Positions 17,409-31,538 of a stretch of DNA of 64,000 nt are shown in pieces. Made by a program: the position numbers and the translations under genes. The notes under the pieces were generated by a model. It was not told the DNA's origin. It worked only from the letters and a program-made list of their open reading frames with translations, and did no database searches. This stretch comes from Perkinsus chesapeaki ATCC PRA-425 (Eukaryota; Protista; Perkinsozoa), in NCBI GenBank assembly GCA_013115145.1, contig JAAPAO010000093.1:16817-80816 (forward strand). The letters run 5' to 3'. Every line of letters begins with the position of its first letter. Within the stretch, counting starts at the first letter, position 1.

Positions 17409-20400
17409 CTACCAGAATCCACCACCACTAGTCTCATTAAAGTTGAACTTGACATGCATAATATATTTCATTCTTACCTGAAATACATTTGTCAAGTAAC
17501 AGTAGCGCCTCTGTATGGAAGCTGACTTGTGCTGTGTTGTATACTATGAATTCGTTATATAAAAGAGAAGCTGCTTCCCCTTGCAATCTAGCCTCCCTCT
17601 CCACCTCCTCACTAGCGTCGATCAAGGGCCCCATGGGAACGCTCACCTCATTGAGGGATGGTAGCTGAACGATGGTGATCTCAGCGAGTGGCCGGCAAAT
17701 GCCCTCACCTTAACCTCCTTGGCCGGATCTGGAGCTGTTTTGCCCATACCCCAGGTGCTGTGTGCTTTGGCCTTCCTGGATGATTTCTTGGCTTCGTATT
17801 CTGCAGCAACCTTCTTATATTGGTCACCTATGGATGCTTTGCAGTAGGTGAGTTAGAGAGGCCACCCTACCCAAAGCCACCTCGCACAGGACGAGCACAC
17901 CGTATGGCGAACTAGGTGTGGCGAAGCAATAGTTGGCGGACTTCGAGGAACAGTCTGAAAAACAGCAAGACTAGCCAGAAAAGCGGCGAGCGATAGGAAC
18001 CTGCGAAGTAGAGGCCTTTGCCGAACATGTATCCCGTCACTGGGGCCTCTTTGGGAGCGATCTTCAAACCCTTGCTCAAGATCGACACCCAATTCGTGAG
18101 CCGACTGCCGTGCCAAAGAAGACGGCGGTTGTGCGAACAGACGGGGAACCTGAAGCGGCAAATCCGGCCAGAAGCCATGGCTCTTCTCACCCCTGAAATT
18201 TGTCCCACTCCTCATCGCGTCTGACTTCGAATGCCGAGACGATCTCCAGCTTGTAACCATCATGGGTCGGTGCGTGTGTTGTGAGCATACAGTCATTTAT
18301 GACCTTGAAGGTTAGACTGAGAAAAATGATATCAAAGATGACACAGGCGGAGCGACGCACCTTTCTGTCGGCACCACTTCAAGATGCACCCCGAGAGCGT
18401 TGAACTGTCTGTCGAGCACGTGCCCTTGGCCGCTTGCTGCTCTATCTCGTGCATCCGTGAAGTCAACGATCGACAGAAGGTCCGTCACATCTTCCACCTG
18501 AGACGACTTCCCTATTCATACGATAACTGGCAGCTCTCGTCCGTCGCACCGCTTTCTCGAGTTTCTTGAGCGTGTTCAGCTTGGCCTTGGCCGCTGCTGC
18601 TGTCGTCTTGGAGATCGTATGGGGTATGAGCGTATAGAACCTGCACTTCCCTTTACAGAGCTACTAATCATAGGCTGCACAACAAATGCACTCCACTTCC
18701 CCACGGTATACAGCTGAACAAATGTTAAGCCACGAGGTGAAGAAGAAATACACGACGGTCAGCCGGCTACAGCGTGATAACGTTGACACCTTTACACTAA
18801 CTTGTTCATACCACACAGGTCCAGAAATATGCGATATGGGCTACTTCCCCACCTGTTGGTAGCATCCCTGACTCTGAGATCGAAACCGTGTGTGGCACGC
18901 CTGGTGGCTTCATCAAGCCGCATGAGTGAAGAAAGCTCAGAGAGGACCTGAAAGCACGCCAGGACGACTAGCTCGGTGATTCCTCCCAGCACGGTAAGGC
19001 GCCGTTAGTATGAAACGTATGGGAGCATGTCGGCTTCTCGGACTCACCTCAAGGCCCCGCCTGAGCTGTGCTGCACTGAGTGTTCCCAGAGGCATCTTAG
19101 CCATGTCAATATGCAAGACCTTGGACATATGCTCTTCAATAACCTTCTCGTCGAATATCAGTGATACAAATGATCTCACGGCCGGCGTCAAGGAGCACAC
19201 TACACCAGCGTTGTCATCTGAATGTAACGGTACGCGCTGTGGCAGGCAGGAGGGACTTGGCAGACCTTCTTCAGCGACCGCTTGAGTGGTTCTTCGCTTG
19301 CTGGAGTCAGAGCTGGTTCCCATTATCTCCACCATATTGTATCTATGCAGGGAATCTCAATGGAAAATCTAACTTGGCAGATCTCGCACCTTCCAGGCCG
19401 TTGCTCGAAGCTGTCCCTCTCCCGCCAGTCTGTCCCGGTCAGCTCAGTGAACTTGGTGAGGAACATATCAATGGCCTGATCTCAAACTCCGCTCGTTGGG
19501 GCTCTTCGCGCCTCACCTCTTCCCGGGCTGCCTTGCCCGATCCACACCGCACCGTCATCGAGTCGTTAGCCTTGGAGTCACTGCCACCAACCCGACCCCA
19601 CTTGCGGAAGACAGCGTAGCGATTACGGGACGACCCGTGGACGAGGACCTGGTCGGTGGTACACCCTTGAGCGGAGCGAAGCTCCTTACTTGTATTTTGT
19701 AGAATTTATTAACATTGGTGGTAGTGTCAGTCTTGGTGCACATGACATGGTACACATTATTAGCGTTGTCCACATAGACCTAACATAGCAAATCAAAGCG
19801 GCCGTCGTCGAGACGGCCCCACCTGCGCATCCCTGGCAACGGAGCCGCCGACCTCTTCGTCGACCTCGAGCGCCGGGCTTCCCTCCTCTGGTGGCAGCCT
19901 CCGCTTTGGTCCTGCCCACATCCTAACTGCATCAGTCAGCTTGTCTTACCTCGCTTCACACTCTTTTTCTCGACCGCTTTCACCTCTCCGCCAACAATTT
20001 TCCGTCCTAGTCCGCCGTCGACCTTCCACAGCTTCAAGTGTTTACGCTGCCTCAACTTAGCGCCTCGCATTTTAACCCTGGCAGCAGCAGCAGCAGCATC
20101 CACTGCCTCCCTCGTGGTCGGAGCCTCGACTATCTCGCATTCTTCAATCTCGACCTGCGGGTCCTTCTCGAACTTGACGTCCTTCCCTCCAAATATCGAC
20201 CAGCCTGTCGTCGGCGGCATCTCTCCCTCGGCCTTGCAGTAGCCAAGATGGCCCGAGTTGTCATCCAGTTTCTCATGGAGCTTCCACTTCCCGCCCTTAG
20301 CAGCATAAAAGCAATAGATGGACTTCCCCAGGTGCTTGAATGCCGGGCGCCCGTTGTGGTCCTGGTCAAGTCTCTTGTACTCGCCGTTGATTCTGCTGTT

Positions 20401-21800
20401 CTTGGCTTCACTACTGCGGCCCCTTACTCGGATGCCCTTTGCCGGCGCGGCCGCCTCGGCCATCGGTTCACCGTCGTCCGAGCCTGTCTTGTCACACAAA
20501 GCGTCGATGAACTCTGTCATGACGATAGGTAGACCATGCTGCAGCGCGCCGTCGTAGGCCAGGCCGTGGGGATCCGCATACAGCTCCTCCTCGCCGATAA
20601 CAACGTGAGTGGTCCTGGCGGCGTCGAAGGCCTCCATCACATGCCCACCACTGTCCTTGATCAATTTCCTCAAGCGCTTGGCCTCGTCATCGTCGACACC
20701 CTCGAAAACGAAGCACATGTGTTTGGCCACCTCATCACCCTCATCCTCGGAGGCAGAGTCCAGGACCTCGGCAGCGGCGGCACTTGAACGTTGGAAGGAG
20801 GGCTCGACGCCGGTGAGCTTGCCGAGAATCTTCTTGCATTCCGCAGGGATCTCGACGCTTGCGAAGGCCTTGTGGCGCTGAAGCTCCGCGGGAATGCGGA
20901 GCCGTCGGTAACGCTTTAGCTTCTCCATGGTCACCACATCTCCGGTGGGCACCGCGAACTTCGGGCAGGCTGAGGTCTTGCGAACTCGGGGGAGCATCTC
21001 GCGGTAACGGAACTTGAAGTCACAGCGAGTAGAGGCGGAAAAGTACCCCTGGCACCTGACGAGGCCCTCGCTGCCGATCAGGCCATCCTGCCCACCTGAC
21101 ATCCTCTCCCTCTTGGACCAAGGATCGGTTGCCGCAGGTGGGACACGGCGGGAGGAGGCCAAAGAGGATCTGGTCGGCAACAATGTAGGCTAGCTTAGGA
21201 GCCGGCCACTTGTCTTGGAAAAATATACCGTTTTCCGTCAGCACCTACAGTGAACTCGAGCTTCTCTCTACGGGGACAGCCGCCGCCTCTTCGGCCCACC
21301 TGACGCAATATCTTTGCATTCCCCATGGCCTGGAGGTGATCAGCTATCTCGGCCCTATAAGTTATATGTGTTGCGGCACGCAGAATCTCAGGATTCTTGG
21401 CGTCGGGGGCGTCCAAGTCCAACACCTTGGCGAGGCGAAGGATATCGCTCCACCTAAGATGCCATCACGAACAGCAAGGCTCAGATGATCTCACTTCAAC
21501 CGTTGCCAATGCGCAAGCTCCTCCAGGCTCTCCAAGCCGTAACTGCTAGCGCAGGTGTCGTGGACCCAATGGACGTCGAAACCGTCGTGGAACGGCGACT
21601 GGACCTTCTTCCCGACTTTAACCTGCCAAAGCCGTGGCTCGACCCCACCCACGTTGCACGATGTTGCTCACTTTGCCTTGCACCAAGAGGGCCTGGCATC
21701 GTTTACAGGAGGCTCTGCTGGTGGGGGCGTACTCCACCATGAAGGGCTCTGGCAGCGCTGGTCGGGTTGTAGTGCTGCCCACGGAGGAACGTCTCGGCAT
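17409..21800 (-). CDS. PARP1: Poly(ADP-ribose) polymerase, PARP1-type (zf-PARP, PADR1, BRCT, WGR-like, regulatory and catalytic domains)
   Basis: [14 protein letters not shown]...QSPFHDG...[18 protein letters not shown], a BRCT-like segment, [36 protein letters not shown] and [10 protein letters not shown] (H-Y-E triad), ending [13 protein letters not shown]. Confidence 0.93.
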
Positions 21801-21917
21801 TATCAACTTACGTGAGTTCTACGCTGGGCTAGCCCTGACGGGGCCTCCACTTCAACTCAAAGGTCGAGTAGGTAAAAAACAATAATAACATTAAAACTTA
21901 ATACGTTCATCAACGAC

Positions 21918-24900
21918 CTAGCTGCCGGCAGACCCTCTCATTTCAGCTATTATGGACGACGGAACGGCACCATCAACCCTCAGCGGTGGGGGCATTGGGA
22001 GCTCTCGCGAGGAAAACTGCAGGTACCTCGGTGTAGCCGGGGTAGGCTGACCGCTCGAGGTTCTCGTGGCCGGCCCTCTCTCTGGTGTGGATGGCCCCGG
22101 GATGGGGCTGTGACCGAGATGGTGTGCTAGTAACATGTTGCTTGTGATACAGAGACAGATCTTCACAGAGATCACTATTGTGTACTCTACTGCGAGAGTC
22201 GCCACTGTCATGACCGGCGAGCCCGGGGACGAAGCCGCGAGGCGTATGAGGAAGCCGGTTATGTTATTAATAAAAGTGGCGACAACAAAGCAGACAAACC
22301 ACCTGGCCCAAGGCGTGTAGGAGAGCACCACCCACACAGCCCCGAGTGTTAAAGCTAGCAGGTCCCCGAGCGGCGGCAAAACTAACTGGATGAGGAAGGC
22401 AACTGGAGAGATGCCGAGGTACCACGTCAGCTGCATGGCCGTCAGAGTGGCATACACCAGGAGCAATAGTAAGACAGAAGCCTGCAGGGCAACGCGAGAC
22501 ATGATTACTACACGGTGCTGGGGCCGGCGGTTCGACAAGGAGACCTTCACCGGCGACCAGAGACCTTGTCCGATACTGGCCAGCAGGCTCGGACTGGAAG
22601 TGCTATATGCCCAGCGGAACGCATACTCGTGGATGTCCACCTCTTCTAGGGTAAATTGTGTGGCCAAGTCCAAAGGGGATCCTGGACACGCTGAGGGGAC
22701 ATCGGTGGGTCGGAGGAAGAAGAATGGCCTGTCGGACCTCTGTGGTGGGATGGAGGGGTCGTCGGAGTTCACCAAGACCAGACAAATCTGGCGGGTTTTG
22801 CAGAAGCCGGGAAAGCGAGTGCTCGACGAGGAGTTTGCAGCGATGACGTGCTCCACATTGCTGATCTGCTCGAAGGAACTGTAGCCCCCCAGAAACGGAT
22901 CGGACGTGCTATCCCCGGCTGAGGCGACTCTCGCCGTCTCATCCGCCACGGCTGGCTCTGCGCCAGGCGGTTCCGGTATCATGACCATCAGCGCCCGGAT
23001 TCCATTAGGCACCAAGAAGGCATCGCTAGCTCTTCTCAAGGTAGCACAAATGCTGGAGAGCTCGGCGGGCGGCACCAGATCGCCATGGAAGGTCATCGGC
23101 AGTAGAGTGTCGTTAACATTGGCAACAAAGGATGTCCACCCGCTGACGTCCTGTGGCATTACGGCCAGCCCGCTGGCCATCGGGTCCCATCCCGGACGGG
23201 GTATCCGCAACGGTGACATGTATGAGCCATCACCGCTGAGCTGGATGAGAGCCGGCAGGCTGGGGCTCGACTCCCAGTGCTCCACGCGGACGCTCATGTC
23301 GAGCACATCAATGTGGGCCTTGGAGTAGGAACCATCCCGGCCGCCGTCACACCCGAAACGAATGGTGTAAATGCGGCCCGAGCGCCGCACCGCATCTGCC
23401 CTCCACAGAGATTCGTCACCTGACTCGGCGAAGACGACATCGCAGACGGTCTGGGAGCGACGCTCTTGTTGGCTCCTGCTGAGCCAACGCCATAGGGGGT
23501 AACAAAAGACCGAGAGGAGGGGTCGGGCCCACCGACCCCACAAGTTAATTAGCTGCGCCGCTGGCCCGCGGCCGCGACTGTTCACAGAGGTTGCGAAGGA
23601 GCCCCATTGCTGGAGGCTCACCAACTCGGCCACGCACTGCGGAAGGTCTCCCAGCGATGGTGGCAAGCTGAAGGGGTCGGCGGGGATGTTCGCACCGTGG
23701 AGGTAGAGCCGGGAGACATGCCGAGGAATATCGTCCGCCGTCATCACTTTCCCTTCACCCGCCGCCGCCGAATCGTTCATCTCTCCTACGTCATCGCCCC
23801 TCGACCGCTTCCGAATCTCGGATGTAGCTATGGATGCTAGGAGCGCGAACAGCAGCACCAACAGCAAGGTGAACGCCCCTGGCACTCCACCGATGAAGGA
23901 AAGCGTGTACTGCCACGGGTTCAGGCAGGCCGGGTTCTGCGAGACGTCCGGGTAGCCCGGCAAACAGGCGTAGGGGCAGTCCGGATCCTGAACCCCCTCC
24001 TTGGTGTAGTTACTGACCCCCCAAGGAGCATTCGTACAAATGTTACACACGGGACCTCCGGTGCTACTCCAGGTCCCTCGAGGACAGGAGGCGCATAGAG
24101 CACCGTGACGGCCGGATGGACAGGGAAGAATCTGACCCACATGACCAGGCTCGGCACCCGTCACCTCCAGTGGACCAGCGAAATCATTCTCGCCGACTTC
24201 CGGGCCCAACCAACTGATGCCGATAAAGCCACCACCACCGTCGCCGCCCTTCAGGACCGGCGGGCCGCTACCGTTCCCTCCAGCCGCACTCACCATACCA
24301 GAGCCGACCAAGGAGGTGTTAACCAAAATTAAAACCGAGCCGCCGGCACCACCACCGCTGCCAGAAGTATCGCCGACGGTCCAGCCGCCCCGGGCGCCGT
24401 CCGAGCTCACGTTGCCATCTATCCTGGCCTGGGCCGCTGAGATCCACACCACGCCACCACCGGCACCGCCCTCCTCCCCTCCCCCTCCTGAGGCGCTGGC
24501 TGACGGTATCACGCCGGTCTCGAGGGGATCCTGGTCATCGTAGGACATGCCTTGGTTACCGCTGCACCCCGGAGCACCAGACCCAACATGCCCCCCACCA
24601 CCTCCCCCACAATGCCCATCTCTACCGGGGCCTCCACTGCCCCGGCCCTCCCCTGCTGGGCAGCCACGACCCTTGGACGACACCTGCCCTCGAGGAGGCA
24701 GCTCCAGTTGACCTTGTGGCGAGCACATTATAACCACAGGAGCGTTCACAGACGCACCGGTGCTGAGTCTCATCCCGCCCGTCTTGGCCACAATCATGGT
24801 TCTGAGAGGCACTAGCCGATCCAGCCTGCCGGGGTCGGCCATGCACAAGTCTGGTGGGTCCTCTATCCACAGTTTTCGCTGCTTGCAGTAGGTCGCCGGC

Positions 24901-26761
24901 CCGAGGGTGATATTGCCGGACACGATGACATCACCGCGGGTTGCCCGGAACTCACTGAGGCCTGCCGGACTGGTTATGGTGCCGAGAGTGAGTCCAGCAC
25001 CGGCCGACACAACTATCGGGACTTCCACTTCAGACACAACCTCCGACAGACTGATGGTCCCCGCCGCGTCCACATACAGGCCCGCGTCCTCGGTGATCCA
25101 AGCCGGCCTCGCTCGCCCCTGGCCGCGTATTGAGATTGTTCCGCCGGCATCGATATCACCTTGCGTCGAGATCTTCATACCAGCCGGGCCACAAGTTACA
25201 CTAGATTGCCTCTCCAAGGCCACAGTCCCTCCGTTGCGTCCGACTATCCCAGAAGTCGCCGCTAGGATGCTCAGACTCCCCGCCGTCTCGACTGAAGAGC
25301 CCTTGCCGACTCTCAAACCGCCGTTCCCAACTGACATCACCATAGAAGAGCCGAGGCTGCTGCCCGAAGGACCAGCGAGTTTCGCTCCGCCGAGAATCGA
25401 TGTGCCTTCGTCGGCCGAAATAGATACCTGCGTGTCGGCACCACCGGCACTGTCCACACAGGAGTTGCCGTCATCCTCACCGCACAGCCTCACCGTTACA
25501 TTGCCATCGATCACAATGAAACCGCTGACCTTCACCTTCTGCGGCACCACGGTCGTTTGGGCGCACCTATCACTTCCCGGCCTCCCTCCCACCGTCACAG
25601 AGGATCCATTAGCGCCTGCGTAGTAGACCGTGCCCGGGCTGCCGCAGAGGCATTCTGGGAGGCCGGCTCCTGACCCTCCGTAGGCGTGAATCTCTTCGCT
25701 AGGTGATACTGTGCCGTTCTGGCTGGCCAGGTGTATGCGGCCACCGCCCCCACAGCCGAGCTTCCCAGAGCAATCTCCGCCATCAGCTTGGACCTGCCCA
25801 GCCAGCACACCCAGTACCCCTGTCATCGACACCGCCCCTCCGCTGCCTCCACCACATTGCGCGTGAGCGTCAGAGCTGGCACCATTAGCCTGGACGCAAC
25901 CGTCAGAGACAACGTAGCCTTGGTCACTGATGAGGACGACCCCGCCTCCCCCTCGGCACTGGACAGCAGTGCCCTCGCCAAGCAGATCATCCGGCATGAC
26001 AGTGAAGTCAATCCCACGGACTTGGTCACCCCTATCACATCGGCCCAGGGCCCCACCGGAGCCTCCAAGACTGCCACCGTAGCCTCGCTCGTCGTCTGTG
26101 GCCTCACCGTCAAAGACTGTAGCGGTTGAGTTTATGAGGGACGTCTTATCAAGAGTTAGGTTGCCTTCATGAGCCGCTATCTTCAACACCTAAAGGGATT
26201 AATATGACCACATGGATGTGAAATTTCTCCCAGATTTTTGCACTTTGCAGCATCGCCCATAGAGGGTGTTTTATAACTTTGTAAGCTACTTCAGTGAGCG
26301 AGATGAGGCGGTACATTACCAACATAGCAATGCCGTCACGCGCCACGAAACTAGGAGCCCTTTGAGGTGGTTTTTGTGCCGAAATTGCCTTCACTGACCC
26401 TAATCGCAAAACTGAAGGTGTTTCCCGACGTCACTAAAGACGACCTTCATTGATACGGTTCACAGCCTACGAGAAAGGCAGCCGCTGACCACTCCCGACT
26501 CACCGAGCATCCACTAATGGTGGTGTTCTCCAGAGCCACACCGCTATGAAGGGCCTCCACCAGCAAACTGTTCGTACACTTCCAAGTAGCATTTATGAAG
26601 TGTACAGAGCCATTGCCTTTATAGGACAGCTCCGCTCCGCCAGGCAATGCCGCACGAGTCGAGTTAATCACACAGTTACCATCAACCACTGCATCACACT
26701 CCAGGGTGGAGGCGAAGGACACGGTGAAAATGGCGAGGATCCATGCCGACAATATCACCAT
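21918..26761 (-). CDS. Large glycine-rich, Cys-repeat multi-pass membrane protein (~1509 aa, 2 exons), resembling plant At5g11700/At4g32920-type proteins
   Basis: Exon 1 (26761-26504, signal peptide MVILSAWILAIFTVSFA) joins in frame to exon 2 (26189-21918). It has repeated GGGSGG/GGGGGH motifs, a CPSG..C..CPRGTWS..C..C Cys module, then a TM helix and several C-terminal TMs. The family name is from recall. Confidence 0.8.
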
Positions 26762-26968
26762 TAAAAACGCCTGCTGGCCCACAGTGCTGATTTAAGTGCA
26801 GCTCGGCACCCCTGCGGCGGTCCTGTGTCAACTGTCATTGACCATCACATCGCTACATCCAAATCAAAGAGTATGTGCAATCCCTTGCCGCTACGAACAT
26901 GACTGTTGCTAATGATCGAACGCAAGCGTCTTAGAAAGGGACTAACAGCATTGGAGGGCATGTGCGAC

Positions 26969-28267
26969 TTAGGCATACGCAACCTTTGGGTCACGGTCTA
27001 GAAGCTCTTGAGTCAGGACCTCGTAGTTGATCTCACCAGTCTTGTCAGGATCGCACTTGGACAGAGCAAAGTCTATGAAATTGTCCGCGGCCTCGCCCTC
27101 CAGTCTCTCCCCTAGTACCTGGCACGTACTTACTGAATAATAGTAAGCCAATAGGTGCTGATTAGACATCTGATAGGTTAGATTATATAAACTATTGATA
27201 GGCGTGTTGAGAACGGTATGCCGCAAGGATAGGCCTCGTACGAATGTAAGAAGTTGCCAGACAGGTTGAGGTTCACACCGAATACATAATCTCCATTGAC
27301 CCAGACATATCTTCCACATCCTGTGGCACCAGGCAGTGGGCTCTTAGACGAATTCACCAATGTAGCACACTGGCTTTTCGCCGTCTTGTCAATTTAAGTT
27401 CGTCAGTTCCGTATGTCTCTTTTACCACCTCAGTCGTATCCATCCTATCTCACCTGCAGCATTCGACGGAGCACCTCCACCTTCAGCACCCCACGGCCAT
27501 CCGGGTCAAACGCTCTGAACGCCTCCATCAGAATCTGAAACGACACCCGTTCCCTCCTCTCCCTCCGCCGTCGCTGCCGACCTCCTCCTTCATAGGGTCT
27601 TTGAAACTGTCCGACTCACAGATACGAAGGAACGTATCTAGGTCGAAATGCTTGGTACTGTTGGGGTCCCACTCCTCCACAATAGCCTCGATGTCCGTCT
27701 GGAGGCCAACAACAAGAGCAGCTGTCAGTGGCGGCATCCATAGCCGACGCTACCTCAGTCGGGTTCTGTCCAACACTTCGAAGAAGAGCTGGTAGCTCTG
27801 CGTAGTTGATGATGCCGAGCTTCTGCTTGTCAAAAATCTGACAAACGCCACACCAACCAAGACAATCGTTTTTGGGACTTCCAGACGGCTCGAATGATGA
27901 AACGGTATTTGTATATTGTAAAGCAGGTGCCTTGCGAAGGTTTGAGGCCAGCAGGCTTAGCACTAGTGGAGCAACTATCTCAGGGATTAGCGTAACAAAC
28001 GTCGCTGAAGCACTCTGTCTTGCCGGTATAATAATTATCAACGAGATCATTCTAGGTACTTCGTCATACTGATTTATTAATAGATCTTGCCGCACCGAGG
28101 TTATATGATAAATCAATAACGATCAAACAGGCGAAAGCCGAAGGCGTTCCTGCAGGGACCCTGCAGTTCCGACGCTCCACCTCAAATGCCTCCTTGAATG
28201 CTGCCAGCTGATCAGGCGTCAACTGATACTCCTCGACAGTAGGCTCGGCGGCGGCGGTGGTCGACAT
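26969..28267 (-). CDS. Calmodulin-like / myosin light chain-like four-EF-hand protein, multi-exon
   Basis: [39 protein letters not shown]...EAFRAFDPDGRG...LGERL...DPDKTGEINYE. The EF loops are partly degenerate. Confidence 0.9.
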
Positions 28268-28349
28268 TGAAGTCTGCCAATTTATTGACTAACTGACACT
28301 CAACATGTCCACCAACAGGCCAACCTTAACAACATCAACGTGGCTATTA

Positions 28350-31042
28350 TCATGCCCACTCTCCCCCTAGCTTTTTGGCGGCCAGCTTAGCCGCCTGTTT
28401 GGCATCCAAATCATCCTTTGCCTGCAATGCCGCGAACTTATTCATCTCCTTCTTAACCGGCGGGTCGTACAACGGCGAGATTATGCTGTTCTTCCTCTTA
28501 GGATTCTAAGCAGCCAACTTCCCTCCTCCTCGAGCAGTATCCCTCCAGCCGGCCCTACTACCGTGACGATGCCCATGGCCTCCTTCTCCATAAGCTGCTC
28601 TCGAGTAGTCTTCCTCTTAGGTGGCGGTGGCACCTGCCCTCCGATCTCATGGAGCCGATGTCCCCGGCCACCAAGCGAGATCAGCCTGACCAACGACCCT
28701 TCCCTCCCCGAACCGTCCAGCCCTGGTCACCTGTCCATCAACTGGAAATGGTCATTAGCCTCGGCGTGGGCCACCGCAGTGTACTCCTTAGAGTCCTCCG
28801 CGTTGAGGTCGGCCCCTAGCTCCAATAGGAGCATGGTCACTTTGATATGCCCTCCACCAGCAGCAAAATGAAGCGGTGTTCGTAGTCGCCTGATCGGTGT
28901 GGTGGTAAAGTCTGCCCGACAAGTCCCTCCTACTTGTCCCGCAGATTAACATCAGCTCCCCATTCGATAAGCCGGCAGATGCCATCCACGTCATTGCAGG
29001 CTGTGGCCACATGTAGGGCCGCCTTACCCTCTGCATCTCTCGAATTGATCCGAACGCCGTAAGTGTACCTATACCACACTTCCTTCAACTCCTACCCGAA
29101 TGTGTCATTATTCTGAACTAGTGTACTGTAACCTAGGCTGGATAACGAGGAGCTACTGTACTGTATATTATACACAAGCCACTGAGCCAGCTGTCATTTC
29201 CCTACAGGAATTCCATCATCCTATAATCCCTCTGTCGAGTGGCTATATTAAACGGCGTCTCGCCACTTTCCGTCTTAGCCTCCAACGGTGCTCCCCTTCT
29301 ATAGCACAACTTCGCTAACCCCATATTATGAGTTCTACAGGCGTATCTAAGCTTGAAGCGTGCACCAACCCTCGTCCCTGGCAACAACCATACTCCAGCA
29401 GTGTGTATCCAGTCTCTGTATCCTTTGCATTAATGCTGGTAGTCTCGAGCATCCTCTCCAACACGTTCATCAAGACAGTGCCATTCCTCGTGATAATCTG
29501 TTTCAAATTAAACGTCTGGCATTTCGCAGCCTCTCTCTTCGCTAGTGCCATCTTCTGCGCCTTCAATGCAGCTCCGCCGCCCGCAGCCCTACCAACCACA
29601 AGCCTTCACAGCAGCGGCGCTCTCCCCGGCTCACAGGTATCCAGCTGAGGCACTCCCCACTAGCTTCGGCTCCTCCTCAGTATGAGACACGTTCTCCTTT
29701 GCTGACGAGTCCACCTGGCCACACAGTCTTCCATCCCACTCTTCCACTACCTCACCGTCATTTCCCGAGACTGATCATCACTGAATGATCCCCTAAAGGA
29801 AGACCATTCCCATGTGTTGAATAAGTACCTTACTCCCCCTCAACTGCCGGTAATATGGCCATTGCTGCGGTGAAGTTCTCACCCTGTCTGGCTGAGTAGC
29901 CCGGCACACCCGATGCATCCAGCAATACTATCTACGACAAAATGACGGCTTATGTCGGCCTCGTACACATCCAGCTCGATCCATGCATTATTCCCAAAAA
30001 AAGATTCCCACCCCTGCGAAATAGGCATTCGCATCGGCTTGAAAACACGCACGAAGAGTCCAGCCTTAGTCCACATTTTCCCACGCCATCCCACACACTA
30101 CCTTCTCCAAGGCCTTGGCCATCCTCTCCAGCGTCCCCGGATCGAGCCTCTCCCACTGCGGCTGAGCCTCTGCCGACAGAGCCTCGGCGGCCGAAAGATC
30201 CTCGCTGCCTGATCTGCTCGAGTTAAGCTTCAATCCTTCTGTCTCTTCCACTATACGACATACCTGTTACCGATCTCCGTGAACGCTGCGCCACGAAATT
30301 ACCTGCGGGTGGCCAGTGTCGGCCATGAACCTCCAAAGCTCTACGCCGGCCCGATGGACCACAGAGGTAGCCATAATGGTGCACTGGCGGCCCACCGCCC
30401 GGGACAATCTCTCGCGATAGTTCAAAATCTAAACATGCTCATTCCAGCCACCCAGAGACACTGGCATACCCATGAATTAGGCTTGCCGGGCTTCTTAGCT
30501 TCAAGCGCGGCTCCGATAATTCCGCCCGTCTTAACAACAGAAAGACTTCCTATTTCCGGTAAGCCTCTGGAGTCCCGCTCCATCAAGGCCGTCATGAAGT
30601 ACCTAACCCACACTGCTCGCCGTGGGGAAGGGACAGCCTACCCTAGAGCTCTCAGAGGGAAGTAGCAACCGTCCAAGGAGAAGGTCTTGAGGCTTTTGCC
30701 CATTGACAGGAGCAAACATATGTCACTGCAGCATGTCATTGAGATATCATTATACGACACGTCGACGTGTTCCAGCGAGGGGCATTGACTCTGAGAAGGA
30801 CTGGGATCTGGGCGCCCAACACTTACAGACCTACAAGTATCTGCATTAACGTGGTGAAGCTGTTGTCAGTAAGACTGGTATCCTTCAGATCGGCCTCTGC
30901 CACATCCCGGTTCCTGTATAACACTTCCCCCCACAGGCCCCACAAACCTCTACCTCATCCACTCGTCCATGACCCCTCTGATTCGCTGCACTGCGGAGCT
31001 AACTGTTGGAGGCTCATCTGGTGTTGCATTAGTAGTAGACAT
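28350..31042 (-). CDS. LRR-like plus ankyrin-repeat protein, multi-exon (probably one gene)
   Basis: The N-terminus has LEHVDVSYNDISMTCC and LKTFSLDGC. The C-terminus has ankyrin repeats GETPFNIA, GKAALHVA and RTPLHFAAGGGHIKVTMLLLELGADLNAED. The middle joins (29860-30100) are ambiguous. Confidence 0.7.
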
Positions 31043-31099
31043 GTTTAACAGAATAGTACTTTTCCTTCCTCTTGGATTTGATCCTGCGCGGCGTCAAAA

Positions 31100-31120
31100 G
31101 CGCGCGCCATTCTGATCGAT
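31100..31120. promoter_or_regulatory. Candidate conserved upstream element GCGCGCGCCATTCT(G/A)ATCGAT, copy A
   Basis: 20/21 identity to 47050-47070, 58 bp upstream of a minus-strand ATG. Confidence 0.5.
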
Positions 31121-31538
31121 TTTAGGCGTCGAATCACTGCACTTCTCACTAATGCAGTGCTCAACACTGATTGAGATGAACACTGGTTGTGTTATTGATG
31201 GGTGGAGTGAAATCCAGAGCTGCTTGGGTTGTTATACAGAAAGGTTAAGCTCAGAGACATCGGTCTCGGCGAACCGCGCATCGCGTAGTGCGAAATCCAG
31301 GTAAAGCTCGCACGCTAGCAAACGACGAAAACGCTAAACGCTATACAAATCAATATGAATGGTAGATTAAAAAGACACTTACTAGCTTCAAGGGCTAAGA
31401 TACTAGCGAGGTCGGCTCGGTCACGAAAAGCGCACTTGTGTTCACGCTAAGTCGTAGAGTCCACACACTTGGATACTGTTTGAACCTATTATTATTGACC
31501 AGTATAAATATTTTCTAAATTCCTATAAAGAATACACT

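Noticed and set aside
22135-26129. Many plus-strand ORFs (e.g. 24907-25623, 238 aa)
   Set aside because: Antisense shadows of the GC-rich 4.3-kb exon, with no recognisable domains.
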